DNA of 42,827 nt, taken from positions 1-42,827 of the forward strand of contig JAUSLA010000024.1 of NCBI GenBank assembly GCA_030646565.1, read 5' to 3'. Below, in pieces: positions 9,073 through 17,405 of this stretch. The number at the start of each line of letters is the position of its first letter. Position 1 is the stretch's first letter. The notes beneath the pieces were generated by a model. The model made no database searches, was not told where the DNA came from, and worked only from the letters and a program-made list of their open reading frames with translations. The stretch is from a bacterium (GTDB lineage: Bacteria; Patescibacteriota; Minisyncoccia; Minisyncoccales; RBG-13-42-11). The translations under genes and the position numbers were made by a program.

Positions 9073-11292
9073 TTATCTAATCGGCAGTTCAATGTAAAAA
9101 GTGGAGCCTTTGCCCTTGCCTTTTGACTCTGCCCAGATTTTTCCCTTATGCATATCAACGAATTTTTTAGCCACATAAAGGCCAAGTCCCATTCCTTCTG
9201 TCCAAAATCTTGTTCCCGCTTCCCCCCTCGCAAAGCTTTCAAAGAGCCGGGAAATTTCTTCCTTTGTCATCCCTTCGCCGGTATCTGATATTTTAATCTG
9301 GACTTTTAATTTTTGGCTTTTGACTTTTATCGTAACGCCGCCCTGGCTCGTGTAGTGAATAGCGTTATCAATTATATTCATAATAACTTGCCTTATCGTA
9401 TCCTTGTCAATTGATATTTTTGAAATGGGTTTTGCCGGCTTCTCAAATTTTAAATAAACGCCTTTTTCTTTTGCCACATTTTTTAACTCTTCAACGATAC
9501 TTACAATGAGTTCTTCAACCGACGCTTCTTCAAGCTTTATTTCCAGTCTGCCGGATTCAATACGGGATATATTCAATAAATCGTTAACTAATTTTAGCAG
9601 TCTTTCGTTGGAAATGTAAATGTTTTTTAGGGGTTTTTCCATTTTTTCCGGCGGCGTTCCGTATGTGTTTTCCAGCATCATTGAAATATAGCCCTTAATC
9701 GCGGTCAAAGGCGTTCTCAATTGATGAGAAGCGATTGAAATAAACTCGGATTTAGCTTTATCAAGTTTTTTTAAGTCATCATACGCCTCTTTTAACTCTT
9801 TTGTTCTTTCCGCCACTTCTTTTTCAAGTTTTGCGCCAAATTTCATTGTTTCAGAATAAAGGAGGGCGTTCTGAAGAGAAATTGAAACCTGATTGGAAAG
9901 AGTTATCAACAAACCAACGTCCTGCTCTGAATACGGGTCTTTAGAAATTTTGTTTCCCAAAAGAATCAAGCCGATAATTTTTCTTTCCATAAACAAAGGC
10001 AGGCAAAAAGCGGCTCCCATTTTTTTCATATCGTCTCTTAAGGCCTCTAATTTTTTTCTCTCTTCACCTTTTTCTCCATCTTTTCGAGTATCCCTAATCA
10101 GTAAAGAAAGCTCTTCATACACTAACGGTTTTTGAGTTCTCTCCATCCATTTGGTCAAAAATTCATCGTTCACCAAAGCAATGCCGTTTTCTTCTTTGAA
10201 GCCGATATTTGTCTGGATTTGATATTCCCCTGTTTTTTCCTCCCGCAATAGAATTGCCGTTCTCTCCAGTTTCATTGTATTTATCAGGGTGCTTACAACC
10301 AAAAAAGAAAATCTGTCCAAATCCAAGACTCTTGTCAATTTTCTTCCTAAATCCGTTAGAACCGTCTGGTAAGAATAAAAAGTGTAATAAAAATATCTTG
10401 AAGCGAACTTTTCAAAAAATCTGAACACCGGCTGAAAAAACAAAATACTGATAATTAAAATAACAGGCCCGGTAACATTAAAAGAAAGGTCGCTGAAAAA
10501 TCGACCATTCAAAAACATCATGAAAAACGCCAAACCAACAACTGTAACCAGAGAAAGAAGATACACCGCCCCCCTACCCAGCACAAACCGAATATCCATT
10601 AGACGATATCTTATGATTGCATAGGCAATTGATATAAGATAAACTATTATTAAAATATTACCGTACGGAAGAATAGGAATATCGTACCAAAGAAAATAAT
10701 TTGTTGAACCACCAAGAAAACCAATCAATGTTCCAATAAAAACATATTTAATTTGCTCTCGCCGAATGCCTGTAGATTTATAGTAAGCCCTAATAAGTAA
10801 ATACCAGCTATAAATCGCATAAGTAAAGAACATTGCAAGAAATGGATGAAAAGCAATGCCCGGTTCTGGCCAATAAGAAAAATTTAACTTCGGGACAACT
10901 CTTACGACAAATAATGAAGTGAAATTTAACAAAAAGAAAATGAAACTGAGAAGAATTCCAAAGACAAGAATTTTTCTTTTTTCATTTACAATATTTAAAA
11001 AAGAAATCACGAAATAAAAATAACAAATAGGAATAAAAATAGCCCCGACCATTAATGCCCGGGCCCAAAAAAGAGCACTTTTTGGCTCTGTCACAATTTG
11101 CCACACAGAATAACTAAAACTCCAAACAGTTACAGAAAATGCGAATAAGACGAAACTTTGATTTAATCGAGACCCCCGGTTTTTTAAATAAACCAAAGCC
11201 CCCAGAAAAAAACTAATAACTGCATTAACAAAAGCTGTGAGTGGAAAAAGCCACATAAAAAACCCCTGAAAGATACTACTTAATTGTATCAT
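9073..11292 (-). CDS. multi-TM sensor histidine kinase (GAF + HisKA + HATPase_c)
   Basis: About 8 hydrophobic segments; H-box SIASHQLRTPLT; N/G boxes IIDNAIHY, DTGEGM and GLGLYVAKK. The start at 11292 (MIQLSS) was chosen to avoid overlapping the upstream gene; 11256 is an alternative. Confidence 0.8.
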   Translation of the reverse strand: MIQLSSIFQGFFMWLFPLTAFVNAVISFFLGALVYLKNRGSRLNQSFVLFAFSVTVWSFSYSVWQIVTEPKSALFWARALMVGAIFIPICYFYFVISFLNIVNEKRKILVFGILLSFIFFLLNFTSLFVVRVVPKLNFSYWPEPGIAFHPFLAMFFTYAIYSWYLLIRAYYKSTGIRREQIKYVFIGTLIGFLGGSTNYFLWYDIPILPYGNILIIVYLISIAYAIIRYRLMDIRFVLGRGAVYLLSLVTVVGLAFFMMFLNGRFFSDLSFNVTGPVILIISILFFQPVFRFFEKFASRYFYYTFYSYQTVLTDLGRKLTRVLDLDRFSFLVVSTLINTMKLERTAILLREEKTGEYQIQTNIGFKEENGIALVNDEFLTKWMERTQKPLVYEELSLLIRDTRKDGEKGEERKKLEALRDDMKKMGAAFCLPLFMERKIIGLILLGNKISKDPYSEQDVGLLITLSNQVSISLQNALLYSETMKFGAKLEKEVAERTKELKEAYDDLKKLDKAKSEFISIASHQLRTPLTAIKGYISMMLENTYGTPPEKMEKPLKNIYISNERLLKLVNDLLNISRIESGRLEIKLEEASVEELIVSIVEELKNVAKEKGVYLKFEKPAKPISKISIDKDTIRQVIMNIIDNAIHYTSQGGVTIKVKSQKLKVQIKISDTGEGMTKEEISRLFESFARGEAGTRFWTEGMGLGLYVAKKFVDMHKGKIWAESKGKGKGSTFYIELPIR

Positions 11293-11303
11293 CTTTTCAG
11301 GGG

Positions 11304-12263
11304 TTAAACAAATTTTCGGCAAACTGCTACAGCATGAATGCCAAGCGGCTCGCAAAAGATACGGCAATCCTGGGCTAAAAATCCCGCTTTGGTGATTATA
11401 TCACCCAAGACCTTGGGTTTTCGATAAATCATTGACCAGTTGATAACCCACCTTAAGAAATGCTGTTCTAAATTCGGACAGGTATTTCCTGTAAGAAAAA
11501 TCCCATTCGGCAAAAGGGATTTGTGAATTTGACTCACAAGTCGCACTGCTTTTGCGTCTGGGCGATAATCAAGAAAACCAACCATCTCAATAATATGAGG
11601 CCGTGCTCCGTTGGTGACCTTCTCTACATTTGAAACACCGCCCACAATAAAAGTAATCTTATCTTCAATACCATATTGTTTGGCCAAAGTTCGCGCATAA
11701 TCAATCGCTGTTGGATCCAAATCGACGACCGTTGCGCGAATATCCAGTTCTTTCATTTCAGCCATGATTTCAATTACGGCTTGAGCCGAACCACACGCAA
11801 GAGACAGTAATCGAATCTGCTGGTTGGTTCTAGCAACATGTTCTATCGCGCTCATTAATTCACGCTTCACGATCTTGAGGCGATTACGAACGGCTTGGGC
11901 ATTCATCATTCCAAACCAGTAATCCCCTACTTTGCTTTCGCGTCCAAAAGGGAAATTATAGATAACATCTAGAGCGTGCCAAGAAGCAGCCCCCTCTTTT
12001 ACCTGTCGACAAGATTTACTCAAGCCGTCAAACCAAAGAGTATTTGTTTCAAGATTATTCCTAAAAATTTTCTTTTTAAGAATTACCCAAAATGTTAATA
12101 CCCACATTATAGGCAAAGTCGCACAATACAACCACCAGTTGTTTTCGTATGAGATGTTTATATCTCGATCGATTACGACTGGTATTTTTTCAACAATCTG
12201 TAGCTGTGGTACAGATTTCACTCTCACAGCTACATTTAAAACGCTTTGAAGATGCATTTGCAT
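11304..12263 (-). CDS. class I SAM-dependent methyltransferase with an N-terminal TM segment
   Basis: LLSLACGSAQAV (motif I-like) and VVDLDP (acidic loop). SD AAAGGAGG lies 8 nt before the ATG at 12263. Confidence 0.7.
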   Translation of the reverse strand: MQMHLQSVLNVAVRVKSVPQLQIVEKIPVVIDRDINISYENNWWLYCATLPIMWVLTFWVILKKKIFRNNLETNTLWFDGLSKSCRQVKEGAASWHALDVIYNFPFGRESKVGDYWFGMMNAQAVRNRLKIVKRELMSAIEHVARTNQQIRLLSLACGSAQAVIEIMAEMKELDIRATVVDLDPTAIDYARTLAKQYGIEDKITFIVGGVSNVEKVTNGARPHIIEMVGFLDYRPDAKAVRLVSQIHKSLLPNGIFLTGNTCPNLEQHFLRWVINWSMIYRKPKVLGDIITKAGFLAQDCRIFCEPLGIHAVAVCRKFV

Positions 12264-12346
12264 TTTCCTTGCCTCCTTTCTTGGCTGGATTTTTCTCTGA
12301 ATATTCAGTTGTTTGCCGGGATGTAGATTTCCCGACTGCTGATTTT

Positions 12347-12375
12347 ATAATATCTTGAGCAAAGAGTTCTGTCAA
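12347..12375 (-). promoter_or_regulatory. sigma70-type promoter for the methyltransferase gene
   Basis: Minus strand: TTGACA, 17 nt, TATTAT. Confidence 0.6.
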
Positions 12376-12382
12376 GTTTTCC

Positions 12383-12404
12383 TGACAAAACTTATCCACA
12401 AGCC
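12383..12404. promoter_or_regulatory. conserved 22-nt promoter-proximal motif with a perfect DnaA-box 9-mer (empty-site copy)
   Basis: TGACAAAACTTATCCACAAGCC is identical at 25119 and 26317. TTATCCACA lies at 12392-12400, just upstream of the -35. Confidence 0.5.
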
Positions 12405-12422
12405 GTTTTTTCTTCATTTTAT

Positions 12423-12471
12423 AAGCTAAAACCCCATTTTCACTTTGTAATGTAAAGTCTGACAAAAAGAA
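12423..12471. repeat. ~49-nt dispersed repeat
   Basis: aagctaaaaCcccattttcactttgtaatgtaaagtcTgacaaaaagaa matches 24014-24062 apart from 2 substitutions. Confidence 0.75.
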
Positions 12472-12506
12472 GAAATTAGTTAATATTTAATTAATTCTTC
12501 TTGCAA

Positions 12507-13457
12507 TCATTTGATTAAAAGGCGGGAGTAAATTTTACCCATATTAGATAATCCTTGTTTTTTATAAAATCGAGCCGCAGGCGAATTTGATATATTTTGA
12601 ACAAGAGTATATTTAACGCCTTTTTGATAAGCGAAATTCATGGCGGCTTTCCATAATTTTTTCCCTATACCCATTCTCCGCATTTTGTCAGCTACGCCAA
12701 AGTATGGCGGAAGTAAAAACGGTACGCCCCAAGCATCGTTTAATATATCTAAGGGACCTATGGCTCCAACAATTCTTTTTTTTGACGTAGCGCAGATAAT
12801 TGGGTTTAGTTTTTTGTTTTTAATAATAAATTCTTTCCATAAAAAGTCGAACCCCTCAAGTTCAGACCCTTTCCCAAGATTGCTGAAGGTCGATTGGGTT
12901 TTGCTTGATAGTTCATTATAATAATGAATTTCTTTGGAGGATTTGACGAGATTATCACTTGGGGTAATATTCTTCAAATAAATATTGTGGCAAATGAATT
13001 CTGTTTTAATCTTCGGTTTTTTAAAACATTGAAGGCGTAAATTATCAACCCTTTGAGCGTTTTTTATTTTTATATAAATTTTTTTTACTTTCGTTAATGT
13101 TGTATTATTTAGAGATTTTTTTGAATAATAAAAAATTTTTAAAACATTTTTAAAGCTATCTTTTACTGGTATGTAAATCTCTTTATCATTAGCGACAATA
13201 GCGGACAAAATTATTTTCTCTGTTTTTTTTTGAAACCATCTCTTATTCCCATCGTAGGGTAAAAATCTATTCGTTTCAGAATTTTTCAACACATCAATTA
13301 AAAACTTTTTAACAGAATTATCCGAAGGATAAACAAATCCTAGGGCGGGAACATAAAACACCTCATCATTAAAAAAACTGGTCCAAACGGCGACAATTTT
13401 ATCTATACTCTTATATCTACCTAAATGGTTCATAATAAAAATTGTTCTTTTAAACAT
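12507..13457 (-). CDS. GNAT acetyltransferase domain fused to an unknown ~190-aa N-terminal domain
   Basis: The C-terminus VADKMRRMGIGKKLWKAAMNFAYQKG...ARFYKKQGL carries the GNAT motif A (R/QxxGxG/A). Confidence 0.7.
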   Translation of the reverse strand: MFKRTIFIMNHLGRYKSIDKIVAVWTSFFNDEVFYVPALGFVYPSDNSVKKFLIDVLKNSETNRFLPYDGNKRWFQKKTEKIILSAIVANDKEIYIPVKDSFKNVLKIFYYSKKSLNNTTLTKVKKIYIKIKNAQRVDNLRLQCFKKPKIKTEFICHNIYLKNITPSDNLVKSSKEIHYYNELSSKTQSTFSNLGKGSELEGFDFLWKEFIIKNKKLNPIICATSKKRIVGAIGPLDILNDAWGVPFLLPPYFGVADKMRRMGIGKKLWKAAMNFAYQKGVKYTLVQNISNSPAARFYKKQGLSNMGKIYSRLLIK

Positions 13458-13497
13458 AACAAAAAAGGGGGCTTATAGCAATAATGCTACAAGCCCT
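13458..13497 (-). terminator. intrinsic terminator after the peptide gene
   Basis: Minus strand: GGGCTTGTAGCA-TTAT-TGCTATAAGCCC (one G-U pair), CC, then TTTTTTGTT. Confidence 0.75.
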
Positions 13498-13505
13498 TGC
13501 CCGTG

Positions 13506-13607
13506 TTATGGCCACGGGAGATCGTCACCGGCCTTACAAGCGCACAGCGTGGCTTTCTCTAGTTCGTCCAGGTCGATGACTTCAACATCTTTAAGTTTCT
13601 GATTCAT
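13506..13607 (-). CDS. 33-aa precursor-like peptide MNQKLKDVEVIDLDELEKATLCACKAGDDLPWP (not in the ORF track)
   Basis: SD AAAGGAGGTGA lies 8 nt upstream. The ATG is 17 nt inside the radical SAM gene's 3' end and a terminator follows 9 nt after the TAA. Acidic leader with a Cys/Asp/Trp core whose DNA is GC-richer than its surroundings. Confidence 0.65.
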   Translation of the reverse strand: MNQKLKDVEVIDLDELEKATLCACKAGDDLPWP

Positions 13608-14649
13608 TCTTTTCACCTCCTTTCGAATAATATTTTCTACACACAAATGAAGGGACTAATCCACTCTGTAAGTACAATTTTAATATTAGTGGGCAAGTGG
13701 TACAGCTTTTTCTTGAATCACAAGAGCTGCATAATGACGGTGAATTTAGTAATTCTTTTGAAAACTGAAAAAGCTTATGGAAACCAATCCCGCCCTCATA
13801 AAGTAGACTGACGCTTGACTCCCTGGCAGTTTTGCAAATACTCATATTCCCCACAGAATTAACATGAAAAGAAATTTGACCTGCCCTACATGACGTATAG
13901 CAATCTTCTTTCGGGATAAATTTATTACGTTTTTTTATACTCTCGCAATCTTGAGCCATTAATTCAATTGGAGCAGAGTTCCCGCTAATAGTTGGGGAAA
14001 TCGTTGAAAAAACATAATATTCAAAACCAAAATTCTTTGCCAAGTCCGTCATTTCATCTATTTCACCTTGATTATATTTAGTAGTAATTATATTCAATCT
14101 TGTTCTAATTGCTGTTTTCTTGGCCCAATTAATACCATTCATAAATTTTTGAAATGATCCAGATGTTTGCGTTAACGCTTCATAAGAATCTGCTGTTGCT
14201 CCGTAAACGCTTATAGTCAATCTATATGGTGGATATGCTTTAAGTATATCAGTAATTTGGTATTCACTAAGCAATGAACCATTTGTAGATATTGTGACTA
14301 AAAACCCCAGAGAATATGCGTATGAATAAACTTCAATAAAATCTTTATCTAAGAGCGGCTCTCCGCCCGTGATTTGTAACCAAATACAACCTGATATCTC
14401 GATTAATTCTATAATTTTTTTCTTATCTAAAACAGAAAGATTATTCTTCGTTTTGTGGCCTAAATAGCAATGGCTGCACCTATAGTTACAAACTTCGGTT
14501 ATTTCGTAAGAAGCTCTGCCAAAACTAAATTGTGTTGGTTCTCTCACTAAAATTATACCGTTTACTTTTTGCTTAGATTCTACGCTAGCCCCTAATTTAG
14601 CTAATAATTCAACGACTAATGGAGTAATCTCTGAATCAGCTTTCGACAA
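13591..14649 (-). CDS. radical SAM enzyme with a C-terminal SPASM-type domain
   Basis: CNYRCSHC (CX3CX2C); C-terminal CRAGQISFHVNSVGNMSIC (CX12GX4C), CSSCDSRKSCTTC and a final C. The start is uncertain: TTG at 14649, and the frame stays open upstream to 14769. Confidence 0.85.
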   Translation of the reverse strand: MSKADSEITPLVVELLAKLGASVESKQKVNGIILVREPTQFSFGRASYEITEVCNYRCSHCYLGHKTKNNLSVLDKKKIIELIEISGCIWLQITGGEPLLDKDFIEVYSYAYSLGFLVTISTNGSLLSEYQITDILKAYPPYRLTISVYGATADSYEALTQTSGSFQKFMNGINWAKKTAIRTRLNIITTKYNQGEIDEMTDLAKNFGFEYYVFSTISPTISGNSAPIELMAQDCESIKKRNKFIPKEDCYTSCRAGQISFHVNSVGNMSICKTARESSVSLLYEGGIGFHKLFQFSKELLNSPSLCSSCDSRKSCTTCPLILKLYLQSGLVPSFVCRKYYSKGGEKNESET

Positions 14650-14758
14650 CTCTAAAAGCTTATAGTATATTTTATCGCTTATTACTACGCCAATTCTACT
14701 AAAACGGCTAGCGATTAAATATCTATCAATAAACTTTAAGCTGTTTTTTCTTAATTTA

Positions 14759-14865
14759 TCGAGTCCCTCCTACGTCGGAACGAGTCGAAGAACACATTCG
14801 TGTTCTTCTTCACCCTTCGCCTATCGGCTCGAGTTTGTAATGTAAACCCCGACAAAAAGAAGAAA
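14759..14865. repeat. mosaic hairpin repeat locus (R5)
   Basis: gagtccctcctacgtcggaacgagtc, GAAGAACAC-ATTC-GTGTTCTTC, cacccttcgcctatcggctcgag, gtttgtaatgtaaac and ccccgacaaaaagaag. Confidence 0.8.
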
Positions 14866-15037
14866 AATCTTTAGATGTTTAATGTTTCTTAAACAAAAAA
14901 CCAGTGGCGCTTAACGCCGCAATGAAAATGCAAAATAGATTTTATTAATTTTTTTAAATTTTTCTATATAAAAAAATTTGACTTTTGCTTCTAGGTATCG
15001 CAATAGTTTTTATGGGTTGCCAAAATTTCTTCGGAAT

Positions 15038-15466
15038 TCATTCTTTCTCTCCTTCTAAAAACTCGGATAGCTTTTTAAGGCCTTCTTTGTTGCCGGGCCA
15101 CTTTAGATATTGATTTAAGGCTTCTTCTTTGGTGACCCACCTGAATTCAATGTGTTCGCGAGAAAGAACAATAGAAGTATCTTCCCCTACTTCCGCACCA
15201 AACACTCGTTCATATTGCCACCGGTTATCATCGAAAAAGTCAAAAGAATAGCCGGTATCAATTAAGCTTAGTGTTTGAGTTATTCCCGTCTCTTCTTGAA
15301 TTTCGCGCCGGGCTGCTTCTTCAAAAGTTTCTCCCTCTTTTACGTTTCCTGTAATGGGTTGCCAGAATCCACCTTTCTCCGGACTTCTTTTCAATACCAG
15401 AAAAAGGACTCCTCGAGAAGGAGACTTTCTAAAAAGAAAGGCTTCGACCTGATTATTTGTTTTCAT
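15038..15466 (-). CDS. NUDIX hydrolase
   Basis: Nudix box GNVKEGETFEEAARREIQEETG. The start at 15466 (MKTNNQ) is preceded by AAAGGGAGGAAATC; the track ORF extends to 15595. Confidence 0.85.
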   Translation of the reverse strand: MKTNNQVEAFLFRKSPSRGVLFLVLKRSPEKGGFWQPITGNVKEGETFEEAARREIQEETGITQTLSLIDTGYSFDFFDDNRWQYERVFGAEVGEDTSIVLSREHIEFRWVTKEEALNQYLKWPGNKEGLKKLSEFLEGEKE

Positions 15467-15795
15467 GATTTCCTCCCTTTTGGCTTGTTGAAATCCGCTG
15501 CAATTAACATCATTGTCCCATATTAATGATTCGTCCGGAAAGAAGATTGCATATTCTCGCAACAAATCTTGAGGTGTGTCCGGACAGTGAGCCAATGTAT
15601 AAAAATCGTCTGTGCAATATTCCCTTCTTATTTCCTGTTTGACTTTTATGATTATGTTGTATTCACGTGGCGAGAGTTAGTGCGTCAACTGGTTCAATTA
15701 AGATAGAGGGATCGTTCTGTGGAATATTTGGTGGGTTTACTATTAAATAATTGATATTGTTAGCCATGAATTCTAGAGAGATGTTTTAGACAATG

Positions 15796-16215
15796 TTAAA
15801 ACTTATTTTGTACAGATTTAAAAAAATCTTCTAATATCTCTTTTGTATAATCCGCCATCTTCAGATTTTTTATTTTTTCGTAAGCAAAGAGTGCTAAATT
15901 ATTGCCTTCTTTTTGTTGTTTCTTTAATCTTTCAAGAGGGTAATTAAGCGAAGCAGTAAAAACGAATTGTTCATAAATTCCCTTTTTTCTTTGAAATTCA
16001 TACTTTTTAAAGAATTTCAAATCTACCAACTCTACTCCAAGCTCTTCTTTTAATTCTCTTTTAACTGTCTCTTCTGGCGTTTCGCCTTCTTCTATCTGAC
16101 CACCAAACTCACTCCAAGAATCTTGGTTCCATCTATTATCTTTATCCCTATACTGAAGAAGAATCATTCCATTATTAGCTATTAAAATAATACCCGCTCC
16201 CTTTCCTATAATCAT
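15796..16215 (-). CDS. NUDIX hydrolase
   Basis: Nudix box GGQIEEGETPEETVKRELKEELG. Confidence 0.85.
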   Translation of the reverse strand: MIIGKGAGIILIANNGMILLQYRDKDNRWNQDSWSEFGGQIEEGETPEETVKRELKEELGVELVDLKFFKKYEFQRKKGIYEQFVFTASLNYPLERLKKQQKEGNNLALFAYEKIKNLKMADYTKEILEDFFKSVQNKF

Positions 16216-16440
16216 AAGTTGATTCTACTAAAAAAGCCTAATTGGCGATTTTATGATTTCCCCGCCAGCCCGTTTCTTTCAAGTCTTATATTATTTTAAT
16301 TTTAACACAAAATAAGACAAACGGGCTACAGAAAAGAAGCATTTTGAACCGTCTCGTTTTGACGAAAATTTAAAAGGGGGAATCTTCAACAAAAACCACC
16401 CCATGTGATATTGTTAATTATTTTAAATTGGACGAGAAAC

Positions 16441-16483
16441 TAATAATAAAGAGCCCTATAAGGTTGGCTTACCTAATAGGGCT
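16441..16483 (-). terminator. intrinsic terminator closing the 23.9-16.5 kb minus-strand gene block
   Basis: AGCCCTATTAGGT-AAGCCA-ACCTTATAGGGCT (one mismatch) followed by CTTTATTATT on the minus strand. Confidence 0.55.
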
Positions 16484-16505
16484 TTCGTTAAAATTTCTGT
16501 GAGAG

Positions 16506-17405
16506 TTATCTCACCAGAAATCTTTCTTTTGGCTTCTTCCGTTGAAAGTTGATCTGCGAGGTCATCCTCTGAATAATCTGAGCTAATTCCGAATTACTCA
16601 GATCCTGCAATCGTTTGTTTAGTATGGCGACGTCAATGCCAACATCCCTAATCGTGATCACCTCTTCAATTCTCTTATATTTTCTTGCGTTCATATTAAG
16701 AAGATCTAAAACCTGATTCACAACAAATTTAGTATTGATCTCCCGGTGATTGACATAGAAATTCGCTAAACTTCTCAAGACAGGATTAGGTCTCTTATTA
16801 ATGGTCAGAGTCATAACTACAGACTTTCCTCCTGACAGCGGATAAAAGCACTCTTTGTTGATTTCCATGACCAGTGCTGAATCAAATTTCGCTTGTGTCA
16901 TAAGCGCGGATTTATTAAAGCTCCGGCTTCCTGGTTTCTGGATAGCGTTATCATAATACCTTCTGCCGACGATCATTGAGATTAACTCTATTTCTCTTCG
17001 GGCATAAAGAATCTCCAGAAGAGGTTCAAGTATGCTGAATGGCGGATTCATAACTATCTTGTTTACATCAACGGGCCACTCAACTTCCAAAGCCGAACCC
17101 CAAATCACGTCAAACCTACTCGCATATCTTGTCTTGATATCAGCGATTATATCGCGGAATCTAGTGTCAATCTCAATTGAAACAAGTTTCGCCCCTTTTT
17201 GAAGAATCGCTTCAGTAATCTGACCGATACCGGGACCTATCTCAAGGACATAGTCTTCATTTGAAATGTGCGCTGCATCGACTAACTTATCCACTACATC
17301 CTTGCAAACAATGAAATGCTGATCCTTGCGGTCGCTGTCCGGATTTATTCCATATTTCTCCATCTTTCCAAGCAGATTTTCTGTATAATCATCTGCCACC
17401 ATCAT
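16506..17405 (-). CDS. KsgA/Erm-like (rRNA adenine dimethylase family) SAM methyltransferase
   Basis: DQHFIVCKDVVDKLV...YVLEIGPGIGQITEAIL...LVSIEIDTRF, with MNPPFS in place of NLPY. SD AAAGGAGGT at the start. Confidence 0.7.
   Translation of the reverse strand: MMVADDYTENLLGKMEKYGINPDSDRKDQHFIVCKDVVDKLVDAAHISNEDYVLEIGPGIGQITEAILQKGAKLVSIEIDTRFRDIIADIKTRYASRFDVIWGSALEVEWPVDVNKIVMNPPFSILEPLLEILYARREIELISMIVGRRYYDNAIQKPGSRSFNKSALMTQAKFDSALVMEINKECFYPLSGGKSVVMTLTINKRPNPVLRSLANFYVNHREINTKFVVNQVLDLLNMNARKYKRIEEVITIRDVGIDVAILNKRLQDLSNSELAQIIQRMTSQINFQRKKPKERFLVR

Noticed and set aside
12190-12465. 91-aa ORF upstream of the methyltransferase
   Set aside because: It spans a dispersed repeat, the DnaA-box motif, a TTGACA-17-TATTAT promoter and the SD of the methyltransferase, and it overlaps that gene's start. 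It is best explained as promoter/5'-UTR sequence.
15596-16505. tRNA or other structured RNA genes in the two longer spacers around the NUDIX genes
   Set aside because: I could not find a cloverleaf (no GTTCRANYC T-loop with matching acceptor arms) or conserved cores of tmRNA, SRP or RNase P. Only simple hairpins and a terminator are present.
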